From contig NIVC01002145.1 of assembly GCA_002269645.1 (NCBI GenBank), forward strand, positions 62,001-126,000: DNA of 64,000 bases, read 5' to 3'. The first letter of the stretch is position 1, and each line of letters begins with the position of its first letter. Of the stretch, positions 10,601-21,985 are shown one piece after another. The translations under genes and the position numbers were made by a program. Origin of the DNA: Macrostomum lignano. Lineage: Eukaryota. Below the pieces are notes generated by a model, which was not told the origin of the DNA, searched no databases, and saw only the letters and a program-made list of their open reading frames with translations.

Positions 10601-12914
10601 AGAAACTGAAACTCTGTGAGGCTGGCCCAGAAACTGAAACTCTGTGAGGCTGGCCCAGAAACTGAAACTCTGTGAGGCTGGCCCAGAAACTGAAACTCTG
10701 TGAGGCTGGCCCAGAAACTGAAACTCTGTGAGGCTGGCCCAGAAACTGAAACTCTCTGAGGCTGGCCCAGAAACTGAAACTCTGTGAGGCTGGCCCAGAA
10801 ACTGAAACTCTGTGAGGCTGGCCCAGAAACTGAAACTCTGTGAGGCTGGCCCAGAAACTGAAACTCTGTGAGGCTGGCCCAGAAACTGAAACTCTGAGGC
10901 TGGCCCAGAAACTGAGGATCTGTGAGGCTGGTCCAGCAACTAATGAGCCTCGGAAGTGTAATTAATGGGAAAACAACAAATAATTTCTGAGCTGTGTGTG
11001 ACAGCTCAGTGTCAAGCACTTCGATTTCCACAGACCGAAAAAAAGAAAATTCTCTGCTTAGCCTACTGCTAGTAGCATTTCAGTGGCAAGCAGTCCAACA
11101 GGAAAGAAACCAACCCGTCAAACGACTGCAGCTTCTCTTGCAGCAGAAAGTCCTTGGCGTGGTGTCGCCGTTCCGTGTGCACGAACCGCGCGGCTACCCG
11201 GCACTGCCGCAGCGCCGGCCGCAGCAGCCGGTCGCAGAGGCGCACCGCGCCGCCGCCTCCGCTCACCGGGTTGACGAACACCAGCAGGGAGCGCGGCCGC
11301 CTGTGCCGACCAGCCGCGGCCTCCAGCTGGGGCGTCAGCAAAGCCAGCAGGCTGGAGCAGTCAGACAGGCCGGTCAGCTGGATTTGCTGAAGCCGCCAAC
11401 GGCAGTCGCCGGTTTGTACAGCCGCCACCAGCTCGAGCTGTTGCTTCTGCTGCTGCTGCTGTTGCTGCTTCTGCTGCTGCTTTTGGCTGCCCGAAATATC
11501 CGGAGTGGCCTGAGCGTGCAGAATGTCGTCCAGCTGGTACTGCGCGCCTGGCGGAGCGGGTAGCGGTGTACATCATAGGGAGCGGGTGTGTACATCACTG
11601 AGATGGGTGTGTACTAGGGGTCACTATCCCGGGATCCCGGGATTGACAGAATACGGGATTTTGTGACCCTTAGTGTGTACATCATAGGGAGCGGGTGTGG
11701 AAAAAACAATAGTTGCCAACTTGCCATGCCAAAAAATAACTGGCTAAGGCTGAGAGTTTTAACTAGTTAATATTTCTGGGCGTCACTCTGGTAGCATGAC
11801 TCCAATATAAGCAATACAAGAACACGATACACAAGGCTTTAAGTAAGTCCTAAGCCAGATCAACCGAACTTGTGTGAATCTGTAAGACACACAATTAAAC
11901 TAATTGAAATTCCTACACTAAGCTACTGGTTTAGGCAACACACGGAGAATAGTGCCTGCGTTTTCACTTAGCTAAAAGAACTAAAGTGAAAATCTAAGCG
12001 AGATAAAACAGCCTTTCAGTCAGCACGTTTGTCCGTACTATCAGTAAGAGGCAAGATCGAAAACAGATAAGAAAAATTGATAAGCAACGTTCAGCCAAAT
12101 TAACAACTCCCCAGCGTACAACTATAGTACATGTAGAGTGGCTGCAACGTGAAATCAATAATTATTTTATCAGGCTAAACTCAAGTGAGATGTGGAGTAA
12201 AGAGAAAAGATAAGCATTCTTGAATGTACCCTCTAGAGAATTCTAGCAATATCTACGCACTTGGCTTGTTGCAGATAGACAGCCTAAACAGCTTGGTTAA
12301 AATAGTCAGACAGGCAAAGTGGGAAGACAGGCGGAGAAAAGAAGAAAAAGAGAGAGAGAGAGAGCTAGATTCCTGCACCCGTACAGTGTAAGTGTGGCTA
12401 GCTAGAGTTTTCCATGCTTGTGCAGAAAATAGCTGCGAGTACGCGAGCACTTTTCGCGCGTACTTACAGTGACTGACTGGGTGACTGGGTCGAGTGCGCC
12501 AAGTTCAATGAGAGCTACGGGCAGCCTTACCTATTCGTGTTAATTAGGTAAACATGTATTGTACTATACAGAACACATGTAATGCACTTTGGCCTTGACT
12601 CTCATTGACCGAACAGGGATTCGAACCCAGTACGTTGAGCGCGAGAGGTAGACGCGTTACTGCTTGAGCTGTTTGCCACCCCTTTCAGGAGTCAGGACCA
12701 TGAGAAGGGAGTTTTCTCTAGAATATTCTTGTTGAGTTATAAAATTTATGTTGAGAAAAATGTCAGGCATACCTGATGAGATGACAGAGCAGTGGGCCTG
12801 AGCACGCCAGGACAGGCACTGGTCTATCAGGTTCAGTGTCAGAGTGCATGGATTGCCTTTGTGCAAGCAGTCGAAATGATAAATTTCTGATAGGCATTCC
12901 AATGAATTGGACAT
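7347..12914 (-). CDS. CERK: Ceramide kinase (PH-like N-terminus plus DAGKc domain), ~521 aa, 6 coding exons
   Basis: Exons 12914-12773, 11547-11115, 10006-9861, 9118-8821, 8020-7627, 7499-7347. All GT-AG, phases 1,2,1,2,0, total 1566 nt. Motifs: RPRSLLVFVNPVSG, FDGIVGVGGDGILSELFHGL, IGIVPAGSTD, SLLGYGYFGEV, RWMGPARYD, AHLGDGCTDLVLVRDCS, WNCDGEVL, VRVHRQLLQLF; these are characteristic of CERK. Confidence 0.93.
7538..7604. repeat. (GACA)n microsatellite filling half of the last CERK intron (127 bp)
   Basis: Pure GACA run between exons 7499 and 7627. Confidence 0.95.
8125..8785. repeat. ~32-bp minisatellite (CCCCATGGAGAATCGGTGAGGCAGCCCAAAATA), CERK intron
   Basis: About 20 tandem units. Confidence 0.95.
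9170..9780. repeat. Degenerate ~24-bp minisatellite (GGGAATCCCTAATGACTGTAAAA), CERK intron
   Basis: Recurring GGGAATCC(C/T)TAATGA core. Confidence 0.85.
10335..10930. repeat. 28-bp minisatellite (AGGCTGGCCCAGAAACTGAAACTCTGTG), ~21 copies, CERK intron
   Basis: Near-perfect tandem units. Confidence 0.95.
11615..11672. mobile_element. 58-bp hAT-like micro-MITE
   Basis: Ends TAGGGGTCAC and GTGACCCTTA (9/10 inverted match). Perfect 8-bp TSD GTGTGTAC at 11607-11614 and 11673-11680. Internal palindrome CCCGGGATCCCGGG. Confidence 0.75.
12606..12680 (-). mobile_element. tRNA-derived SINE head in CERK intron 1
   Basis: Minus strand reads GGTGGCAAACAGCTCAAGCAGTAACGCG (A-box-like) ... GGGTTCGAATCCC (B-box). 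No convincing cloverleaf. Confidence 0.55.
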
Positions 12915-13814
12915 TTTCCAGTTATTACTTTTCCAAGCTGGATGCAACTTCTTGTTGATCCTCTAATGTAGAGTTGTTAGATGCAAATCATTTTTTTATT
13001 CTATATCATTCTGGCACACAAGGCTGTAATCAATGGTCATTACAGTGCAACAATAGAAATATAACCTAATGAGACAGACTAAATTACTATTTCAATATGC
13101 TAGTTATTGTATACTTAATTAAAATTAGATAAATATGCTTTCAGAAAAATAGCATGGTATAAGTACTATAGGCTATAGCATCTTAAGCTATAAAGCTGAA
13201 ATATATATTACTTTTATTAAGAACATTCTTTTAATATTTGTAGATGACTAGGCCTATCTTTGACTTTGTTATGAACTATTTAAAAGAATTACTAATAATT
13301 GATTTCTGGGTCCTACAACTAAGTAAAGAGGCTTTATCAAAGAATATAAAAGAAAGTTTGAAAAGCTTTGCTTGATTATCAGTTTATAATTATTGCTTAC
13401 TTTGATTTTATAAAAAATGCCAACTTAATTAAACATTGAAAAAATAAATATTTTAACAGTAATAAAAACATTTATAAGAACAAAAAACAGTGTTAAAGAC
13501 TATACTATAATGTTTGAGTTGGTATAAAATTATATCATTTTTAGGAATCCTGACAAAATTGTAAAAACTTCTGAATGTATAAGCCAAGAAAAAATTAAGG
13601 TGAGAGCAGATAAATAAAATAAATGGCAAAAAACTTCTTATAAGCTGATATTAAATGAAAATATTTGAAAAAAAGGAACTAGACCTAGTGGATCGGCAAA
13701 TTTGCAAGAATTAAAAAATATCCACCATTTGTTGCTAATTAGTCTAGATAAAACTTTTCAGATTTAGTTATATAGATTAGCCAGGAAGTTATATTTTGAT
13801 ACAGGCCAACAAGG

Positions 13815-14544
13815 GGCAATCTTCAAGTTTTGTTCGTTAAATTATTTTTTCAATGATTTCTGAACTATCTTGCTTTGAGATGATTATTTTCGAGCTCTCC
13901 AGTGTACCCAGCCCTTTCCTAGTTGAGAAAGTAGCAGTTTTGTTAATATTATATATCTAATGTACCGTAAAGCCATTGCCCGTTGGTAGGCAAAGGAATG
14001 TCTATGGCCCATATTACGGACCACGGTAACGTAATGATGACGTGGCTTTCACTGACGTGGCATTTTAGCAAAGAACGTCTATGGTGAATAAAGATGCTAC
14101 TGTACGCAGCTTTAGGAGTGGCATGGAGTAATATCATAAGCAGTTAATAGACAAGCAGCTAATACACTAAAAGATTAATACACTATGGCAGGACAACCAT
14201 TTGGGAACATCCTATACTGGATCGCACATTACTATAATGTCTAAGCATTAAGTTCTATGTGTTAAACTGTTGCTACTGAACTGGACTGCTACTACTGCCC
14301 CTGTTGTACCCCACTGTGTTACTATTTCTGTCTGTTTGTACTCAGTGTTACATGTTAGCTTTGCTTGTTTGCATCTTATATTTCCAGCTTTATGGTACCT
14401 TAGAGGTTAATATTAACAAAGCTGCTACTTTCTCAGCTAGGAAAGGGCTGGGTACACTGGAGAGCTCGAAAACAATCATCTCAGAGCAAGACAGTTCATA
14501 AATCATTGAAAAAACAATTCAACGAACGAAACTTTAAGATTGCC
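13815..14544. repeat. Long inverted repeat: ~158-bp arms (13815-13973 and 14387-14544) with a ~415-bp spacer; foldback/MITE-like
   Basis: The reverse complement of the right arm matches the left arm, including TTTTCGAGCTCTCCAGTGTACCCAGCCCTTTCCTAG exactly. Confidence 0.85.
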
Positions 14545-15429
14545 TAACAAGGTAACAACAGTAGCAAATGTTTCTCGCAAATCATAAAAAAACAGATTAA
14601 GCTAAGTTATTAATCACAGTGTATCGTACGCTACTTGGATCAACACCTTTCGCTCATGAGTTATTGATTTAATACTAAACTAGACGGGTCACTATCACAA
14701 TCACAAGCCTCTACTCGCTTTCGTTATAGGCAATATAGCAAAACGTTGACACACTTGCAAGTTTTAAATTATTTAAGTCCAAATTAGTATGTGTACCAAA
14801 ATTTGTTAAAATAAAAACTTTGGGTACAGGGCTAGAGATTTCTCTGTTATACTTACACTCATGTTAGTCAGTCAAGTGTAACAAACACTATCAGGTCCTA
14901 ACTCTTGACCAGTTCGAAGAAAATTTTAAGTTTGAATACAGAATATGAATTACCTGTTTTAACAAATATAAGCGTAGCTCAGATACTTATATTGTTTTCG
15001 AATTTAAAATTTCGAATGAAGTTCTTCTATATACAAAAAACACTTTCGATTATCTAAAAAAATATTCATAGTAATCGATCAGCTGATTGAAATGTTTAAT
15101 AACTGCTCTACAAATATCGATCGTTTGATCGATTATGACTAATCCAAGTAATCCTCTCGTGCTTCCCTTCCATAGGTTCCTCTGTCTTGCTCTTGAGTTT
15201 TCTTGCTCTCTGGCTTGTTAGATAGTCAAACTAGGCAAGGCAAGGCATGAGAAAAGAACTGTAAACCCGAGCAAATTAAGTTTCAGTGCATGCAATTCCT
15301 TTCTCTACATGTACGTGGGTTCATGTATCTTAATTTTAGGAAGTCTGTATATAAATTTCATATTCATCGAACATATTAAACGTATTTTACGTAAGTCTCC
15401 CACTCCTATTAATATTCTCTGGCTTACAG

Positions 15430-18400
15430 GAAGAAGACATTCAGTCACGCATAATGCGAAGTCTAGCAGAGTTTACGAATAATTCTCAGCTGTGTGGCTT
15501 TATTATGCTGCTGACTGTTGCTGGCTGCATCTTGGTTCTTGCACTATTTATCATTCTCTGCGTGCCACGCTGCGTTAAGGCCAATAAATACAGGGTAATT
15601 ATTGCTTTATTGATTCAGAGCTCATATTGAACGTTTGTCCCCACGATTGATAAATATGGCAATAAATGTGCAAAATTCTATTTTGAACAGGTTTTCACAC
15701 CGCAATCGGAGTCGCCAGTTCAGACGCAGCCCACTACACCGACATTTCCTCTTCTGCCTCCGTCAATCGAAGCATCTTCGGCAACGCCAGCGTTGGACTC
15801 CAGCAACAGTAGTAACTTTGGTGGCAGTCACGGCAGTCGATGGCCAAGCAGCCAGCTGTTGCTGGATCCGACCGCCGCGATGCTGGAGCCGGCGGCCAGA
15901 TTCCTGATACCGCGAGTCCGGCTAGCAACGCCTGAGGCTGCTCCGCCATCAGGAGTCATCCTGGGTGAGCTGGGGCGAGGAGTCTGGGACCCCTAGTTAA
16001 TAACGTGCCGGTGGCAGTTTATTTCAAGCACTGCAGGGGGTACTGTAGAAAGGGGTACTGGTCAGACATTGATGGACAAGTCAGTGTAGGGTCAAGGATT
16101 GTAGGGTCAGGCACTGTAAGGTCAGGCACTGTAGGGTCAGGTATTGTAGGGTCAGGCACTGTAGGGTCAGGCTATGTAGGGTCAGGCAATGTAGGATCAG
16201 GCATTGTAGGGTCAGGCATTGTAAGGTCAGGCACTGTAGGGTCAGGTATTGTAGGATCAGGCATTGTAGGATCAGGCACTGTAGGGTCAGGCACGGTAGG
16301 GTCAGGCACTGTAGGGTCAGGCTATGTAGGGTCAGGCAATGTAGGGTCAGGCATTGTAGGGTCAGGCACTGTAGGGTCAGGCATTGGTGGGTAGACTGTT
16401 ACAATATCTTGAGCACTGACTCTGCATACCAACTCACTAAAACACACGCGACCGGAAGCTCCGGACCCGCTGCGGATGGACCGGAAGCACCTGTACTTCC
16501 TGAGCGAACTCGGCCCGGCCTGGTTCGGCCCCGTAGTTCGAGCCGACTGCACCCGCTACGGCGAGAGCCTCCGCGACCGGGTCATCGTCCGGCTGCTCAC
16601 CTGCGGCGACAGTCGAGGCCGGAATAGGCGGCATTTCTTGGCCGATTTGCAGGCCTATCGGGAGTGCTCGGCTGATCCGTGCGTCCTTCGGCTGCTAGCG
16701 ATCTGCCCGGAGGAGCCCTGCTTGGCCGTGATGGAGGCCGCGGCTGTGAGGGGCTTGAATTCTGACCTGGATATAGTTAGTTAGCCAGTTAGTTTTGTCC
16801 CAAGAAACTTTGGGGACCTCCGCAAAGCAGCCCGCAGCCCGCAAAGCAGGCGCACGCTATCAAAGGGTGCGGAGCTCATCTTAGAGAACACCCAGGGCCT
16901 TGGAATTTGTGTGGCCACATGCTGAGGTACCGAGGTACTTGGGCGAGAGAGTTAGACTGAGATTACTGAGATTACTCTGCACTGTATGGGCAGCTCTGAG
17001 AATGAATTTAGTTTATGGTCCTACAGGTATATCGGGTTGATATCCCTCAGGTGTTAACTGGTGGTTGATCTGTCTCAGGTGGTAACTGATTGATCTGTCT
17101 CAGGTGGTAACTGGTTGATCTGTCTCAGGTGGTAACTGATTGATCTGTCTCAGGTGGTAACTGGTTGATCTGTCTCAGGTGGTAACTGGTTGATCTGTCT
17201 CAAGTGGTAACTGGTTGATCTGTCTCAAGTGGTAACTGGTTGATCTGTCTCAAGTGGTAACTGGTTGATCTGTCTCAAGTGGTAACTGGTTGATCTGTCT
17301 CAAGTGGTAACTGGTTGATCTGTCTCAGGTGTTAACTGGAGGTTGATCTGTCTCAGATGTTAACTGGTTGATCTGTCTCAGGTGGTAACTGATTGATCTG
17401 TCTGAGGTGTTAACTGGTGGTTGATCTGTCTCAAGTGGTAACTGGTTGATCTGTCTCAGGTGGTAACTGGTTGTTCTGTCTCAGGTGGTAACTGGTTGAT
17501 CTGTCTCAGGTGGTAACTGGTTGTTCTGTCTCAGGTGGTAACTGGTTGATCTGTCTCAGGTGGTATCTGGTTGATCTGTCTCAGGTGTTAACTGGTTGAT
17601 CTGTCTCAGGTGTTAACTGGAGGTTGATCTGTCTCAGGTGTTAACTGGTTGATCTGTCTCAGGTGTTAACTGGTTGATCTGTCTCAGGTGTTAACTGGAG
17701 GTTGATCTGTCTCAAGTGGTAACTGGTTGATCTGTCTCAGGTGGTAACTGGTTGATCTGTCTCAGGTGGTATCTGGTTGATCTGTCTCAGGTGTTAACTG
17801 GTTGATCTGTCTCAGGTGTTAACTGGAGGTTGATCTGTCTCAGGTGTTAACTGGTTGATCTGTCTCAGGTGGTAACTGATTGATCTGTCTCAGGTGTTAA
17901 CTGGAGGTTGATCTGTCTCAAGTGGTAACTGGTTGATCTGTCTCAGGTGGTAACTGGTTGATCTGTCTCAGGTGGTAACTGATGGTTGATCTGTCTCAGG
18001 TGGTAACTGGGTGTAAACAACCCTTAACAAATCGAATATTAACATCCTTAGGTAAACAAACAGTTATGCCAGACTCTATAAACTCATGCTATTAACCCCT
18101 TTAGACCGACCTGAAGTCCCTGTTGCTGTCCGAGCGCCAACACGCTGTGACATGCGGCAGCAAGCTTCTGGCTGACAACTTGACGATTCGATTCGCCTCC
18201 CAGGCCAGCCGCGGACTGGCCGCCCTTCACGACAAAGGATTCGTCTATCAGGATGTTGGAGCCAGGAACTACCAGGTAGCAACCGGCTCCATGGTTGTGA
18301 AAATTGGCGACTATGGGTGCACACAGCTTCTGCATCCGGTGAGGCTCTTGGTAGCTGACTTTGCCGCGCGTATTTCTGAAACTCGGGTCACAGGGAAGTT

Positions 18401-20056
18401 GAACTTCTATTATCGGGTCACAGGGAAGTTGACCTTCAATTCTTGGGTCACAGGGGAAGTTGACCTTCAATTCTTGGGTCTCAAGATTTGATCTTTTATT
18501 TAAAGAATACCACCCTATAGCTTCATAACAGTTGGTGCCTTTTTGCTGGCATTAAAAAACGTCAAGAAAAGCTGTCGCTTACACTGCAGAGCGACTATGG
18601 AGTCGTGAATGGCGATCTTGTGCCCTTGCGCTGGTTGGCTCCTGAGACGCTTTGCGGAAAGGCGGCGGCAGTGACAGTGGCTGACCAGACAGCTCAAGCC
18701 AACGTTTGGTAAGCTGCCTTAGATTAAGTTGCCCGGCCTTAATCCGCGTGAGCTCACTCCAAAGTTCTCTTCTAGCACCCATTCTAGCACTCATTCTAGC
18801 ACCCCTTCTAGCACCCCTTCTAGTACTCCTTCTAGCACTCCTTCTAGCACTCCTTCTAGCACCCCTTCTAGCACTCCTTCTAGCACCCCTTCTAGCACTC
18901 CTTCTAGCACCCCTTCTAGTACTCCTTCTAGCACTCCTTCTAGCACTCCTTCTAGCACCCCTTCTAGCACTCCTTCTAGTACTCCTTCTAGCACTCCTTC
19001 TAGCACCCCTTCTAGCACTCCTTTTAGTACTCCTTCTAGCACCCCTTCTAGCACCCCTTCTAGCACCCCTTCTAGCACCCCTTGTAGCACCCCTTCTAAC
19101 TAAAATGCGGCACCCACAGGTCCCTCGGAGTGCTATTGCTGGAATTGTGCACCTTGGCTGAGCTACCGCACAGGCGACTGTCGGACGCTCAGCTGCTGAC
19201 CGAGCTGGCAGCCGGCAGAATCGACCTGAGCGCCGGGCTGCTCCGGGAGGCCTCGGAGGCCATCATCGGCGGCTGCGAAGGCGGTTGCGAGGCGGGCGAC
19301 TCGCTGTGAGTTCTCAACTAGCTGCCCGCTTGCTCAAACTCAATGAAGTAGCCATCTAGCTGCGAGTGTGCGGTCTGTTGATAAATAAATGTGAACACCC
19401 GACCTTGTCAATTACTTTATTCACATGACCACGTGACCCCTCGTATTGATTGTGACCTTCGAGAATCTCTTCGAAGACCTTCTAATTAACATTCGAAGGA
19501 ACATCTATGACCCGCTTAATGGCCATCACCTTCCTAATAGACGGTAACCCTCCATCACCTCCGGAGACAGAGCAGTTCAGTGGTAAACCCGACTGACTCT
19601 CGTGCCTCGACACCCTTGGTTGCAGAGTGCGTGCCCGCGTACAGTATTGGCGTGCTTGAGTGTGCTCAGGAGACAACGAAATGGGCAGAACTACCCCTAA
19701 GCGCTGGTTGGCGTTGCGCCAGGGCACTCCTGCAATTATTATTATTGTTATCTTTGACCCCTCTCAAAGTCCATGACCCCAAGCTCTCCCTGGCACACTG
19801 CCAGCACCCTGCATGCTCGCCCAGCTTCCATCTGCACCGTCCCCTTCATCTCGCCTACCGCTGCCACAGTCGGGAGCTGCTCGGCCAGTGCCTTCGCCAA
19901 TCCCCGGGCTGCCGACCCTCGGCCCGGCAGGTCTCCGAGCTGGCCGACCGTCAGCTGCTCCGCCGGCTGTCCGAATCCAAGCGCAGGCGACGGTCGCTGC
20001 CGGCCCCGAATAGCAGCGTGCGCGCCAAGCTGCGACTGTTGGACAGCGTTGATTGA
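15430..20056 (+). CDS. LMTK/AATK (lemur tyrosine kinase)-like transmembrane kinase, probable pseudokinase, ~484-500 aa
   Basis: Exons 15430-15594 (TM helix; in-frame ATG at 15454, optional upstream micro-exon 15290-15310), 15691-15964, 16459 (or 16414)-16745, 18105-18338, 18590-18708, 19120-19305, 19870-20056. Phases are consistent. LMTK-type motifs: RKHLYFLSELGPAWFGPV, YQDVGARN, VKIGDYG, VPLRWLAPE, DQTAQANVWSLGV, C...P..RP. Confidence 0.85.
16080..16386. repeat. 15-bp minisatellite (GTAGGGTCAGGCACT), kinase intron
   Basis: About 20 units. Confidence 0.95.
17045..18010. repeat. 25-bp minisatellite (GTGGTAACTGGTTGATCTGTCTCAG), ~38 copies, kinase intron
   Basis: Tandem units with occasional 3-bp insertions. 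Confidence 0.95.
18380..18485. repeat. ~29-bp repeat (GGGTCACAGGGAAGTTGACCTTCAATTC), 3-4 copies
   Basis: Visible tandem units in a kinase intron. Confidence 0.8.
18770..19098. repeat. 12-bp minisatellite (AGCACTCCTTCT), kinase intron
   Basis: About 27 units. Confidence 0.95.
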
Positions 20057-20700
20057 CAGGTTGATTGACAGGTTGATTGACAGGTTGATTGACAGGTTGA
20101 TTGAAAAGTTCATTGACAGATTGATTGACCGATTGATTGATAGGTTGATTGACAGCCTATGCATAGCCAATGCATACTACTTTGATTGAAAGGTTGATTG
20201 ACAGATTGATAGTCAGGTTGATTGTCAGGTTGATTGACAGATTGATAGTCAGGTTGATTGTCAGGTTGATTGTCAGGTTGATTGTCAGGTTGATAGTCAG
20301 GTTGATAGTCAGGTTGGTTGTCAGGTTGATAGTCAGGTTGGTTGTCAGGTTGATAGTCAGGTTGGTTGTCAGGTTGATTGTCAGGTTGATTGACAGGTTG
20401 ATTTTAAGGTTGATTGACAGATTGATAGTCAGGTTGATTGTCAGGTTGGTTGTCAGGTTGATTGTCAGGTTGATTGACAGGTTGATTGTCAGGTTGATTG
20501 ACAGGTTGATTGTCAGGTTGATTGTCAGGTTGATTGTCAGGTTGATTGACAGGTTGATTGTCAGGTTGATTGTCAGGTTGATTGTCAGGTTGATTGACAG
20601 GTTGATTGTCAGGTTGATTGACAGGTTGATTGTCAGGTTGATTGTCAGGTTGATTGACAGGTTGATTGTCAGGTTGATTCACGGCATTGATTTGCAGGTT
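20045..20700. repeat. 12-bp minisatellite (GTTGATTGACAG / GTTGATTGTCAG) starting at the kinase stop codon
   Basis: Two blocks, 20045-20157 and ~20190-20700. Confidence 0.95.
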
Positions 20701-21559
20701 GACTGACAGCATTGACAAATAGGGTTGATTGATAAGGATTAGGAACAAAGTTGACAATATTAGAACTTAGTGCAGAAATCCCATCTCCAAAATAATCGCC
20801 CTAAGATTAAAAGCTTCAATAAAATCGCATGACTTCTTCACTTTGATCAACTTTGATCGAGAAAAGCCGTAACGAACAAGCAATTTTTAGTTTCTCCACA
20901 TTTCCTATTCCATTTTTGATTGTGCAGGGAGCCAACCGGCTAATCACGTGACTCCGTTAATTTCCTGTCTTAGGCGTTTCAGATAAAAAAATCTTCTTAC
21001 CTACGAGTACCACAGACTTGTTTTCTCCCATTGTGCTGTGCCGTGAATTCCCTGACCAAATATGTTTCTCAAGAATGCAATTTTTAGGAAAAAAGAAAGT
21101 AAAAAAATTTAATGGAAGTCTCCGTATGATTAGGCGACTTTTGGACTTTTTGTGGAAAAATTCTATCCCGTTTTGTTTCAACTTTCAATGCATACTACTT
21201 TGATCGCAGCTGGAGTAGCATAAGCTGCTGATTGAGTTTTTTTTTACTTTTGGAAACTTTTGTCTTTGTCCAGTCTTACTTGTATAACTGCGAAGTTTTA
21301 TTACACGTTTTAAAGCACAGAACATGTAATAAAGCTTTAACACCGTTAGATTCTGTACCATATTTAGTCTTTCAGTGAAATACTTTATTCAAATTGTTAA
21401 TTATATAAGTTAACATTGTATACATGTCGTTCAATGCAAGCTTAACCAGTGCAATTTTTGTTGCAAAATTATTGTTGCAATCTGTTACTTTTTCAATTGA
21501 GATTGCACTTTTGTTAGTGGCTTTCTTGGGGTGCGAGAACTTCTGAATCTGGCTGCAGG

Positions 21560-21985
21560 TTGACTCTGTCTAACTGCAGCTTTTATCAATCAAACTGCAG
21601 ATTTTTATCAATCAAACTACAGATTTTTATCAATCTAACTGCAGCTTTTATCAATCAAACTGCAGATTTTTATCAATCAAACTACAGATTTTTATCAATC
21701 AAACTGCAGATTTTTATCAATCAAACTGCAGATTTTATCAATCAAACTGCAGATTTTATCAATCAAACTGCGGATTTTATCTATCAAACTGCAGATTTTA
21801 TCAATCAAACTGCGGATTTTATCAATCAAACTGCAGATTTTTATCAATCAAACTGCAGATTTTATCAATCAAACTGCAGATTTTTATCAATCAAACTGCA
21901 GATTTTATCTATCAAACTGCGGATTTTTATCAATCAAACTGCGGATTTTTATCAATCAAACTAAAGATTTTATCAATCAAACTAC
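21560..21985. repeat. 22/23-bp minisatellite (ATCAATCAAACTGCAGATTTT(T))
   Basis: About 18 units. Confidence 0.92.

Noticed and set aside
12606-12680. Genuine tRNA gene
   Set aside because: The acceptor and anticodon stems do not pair; it is treated as a SINE head.
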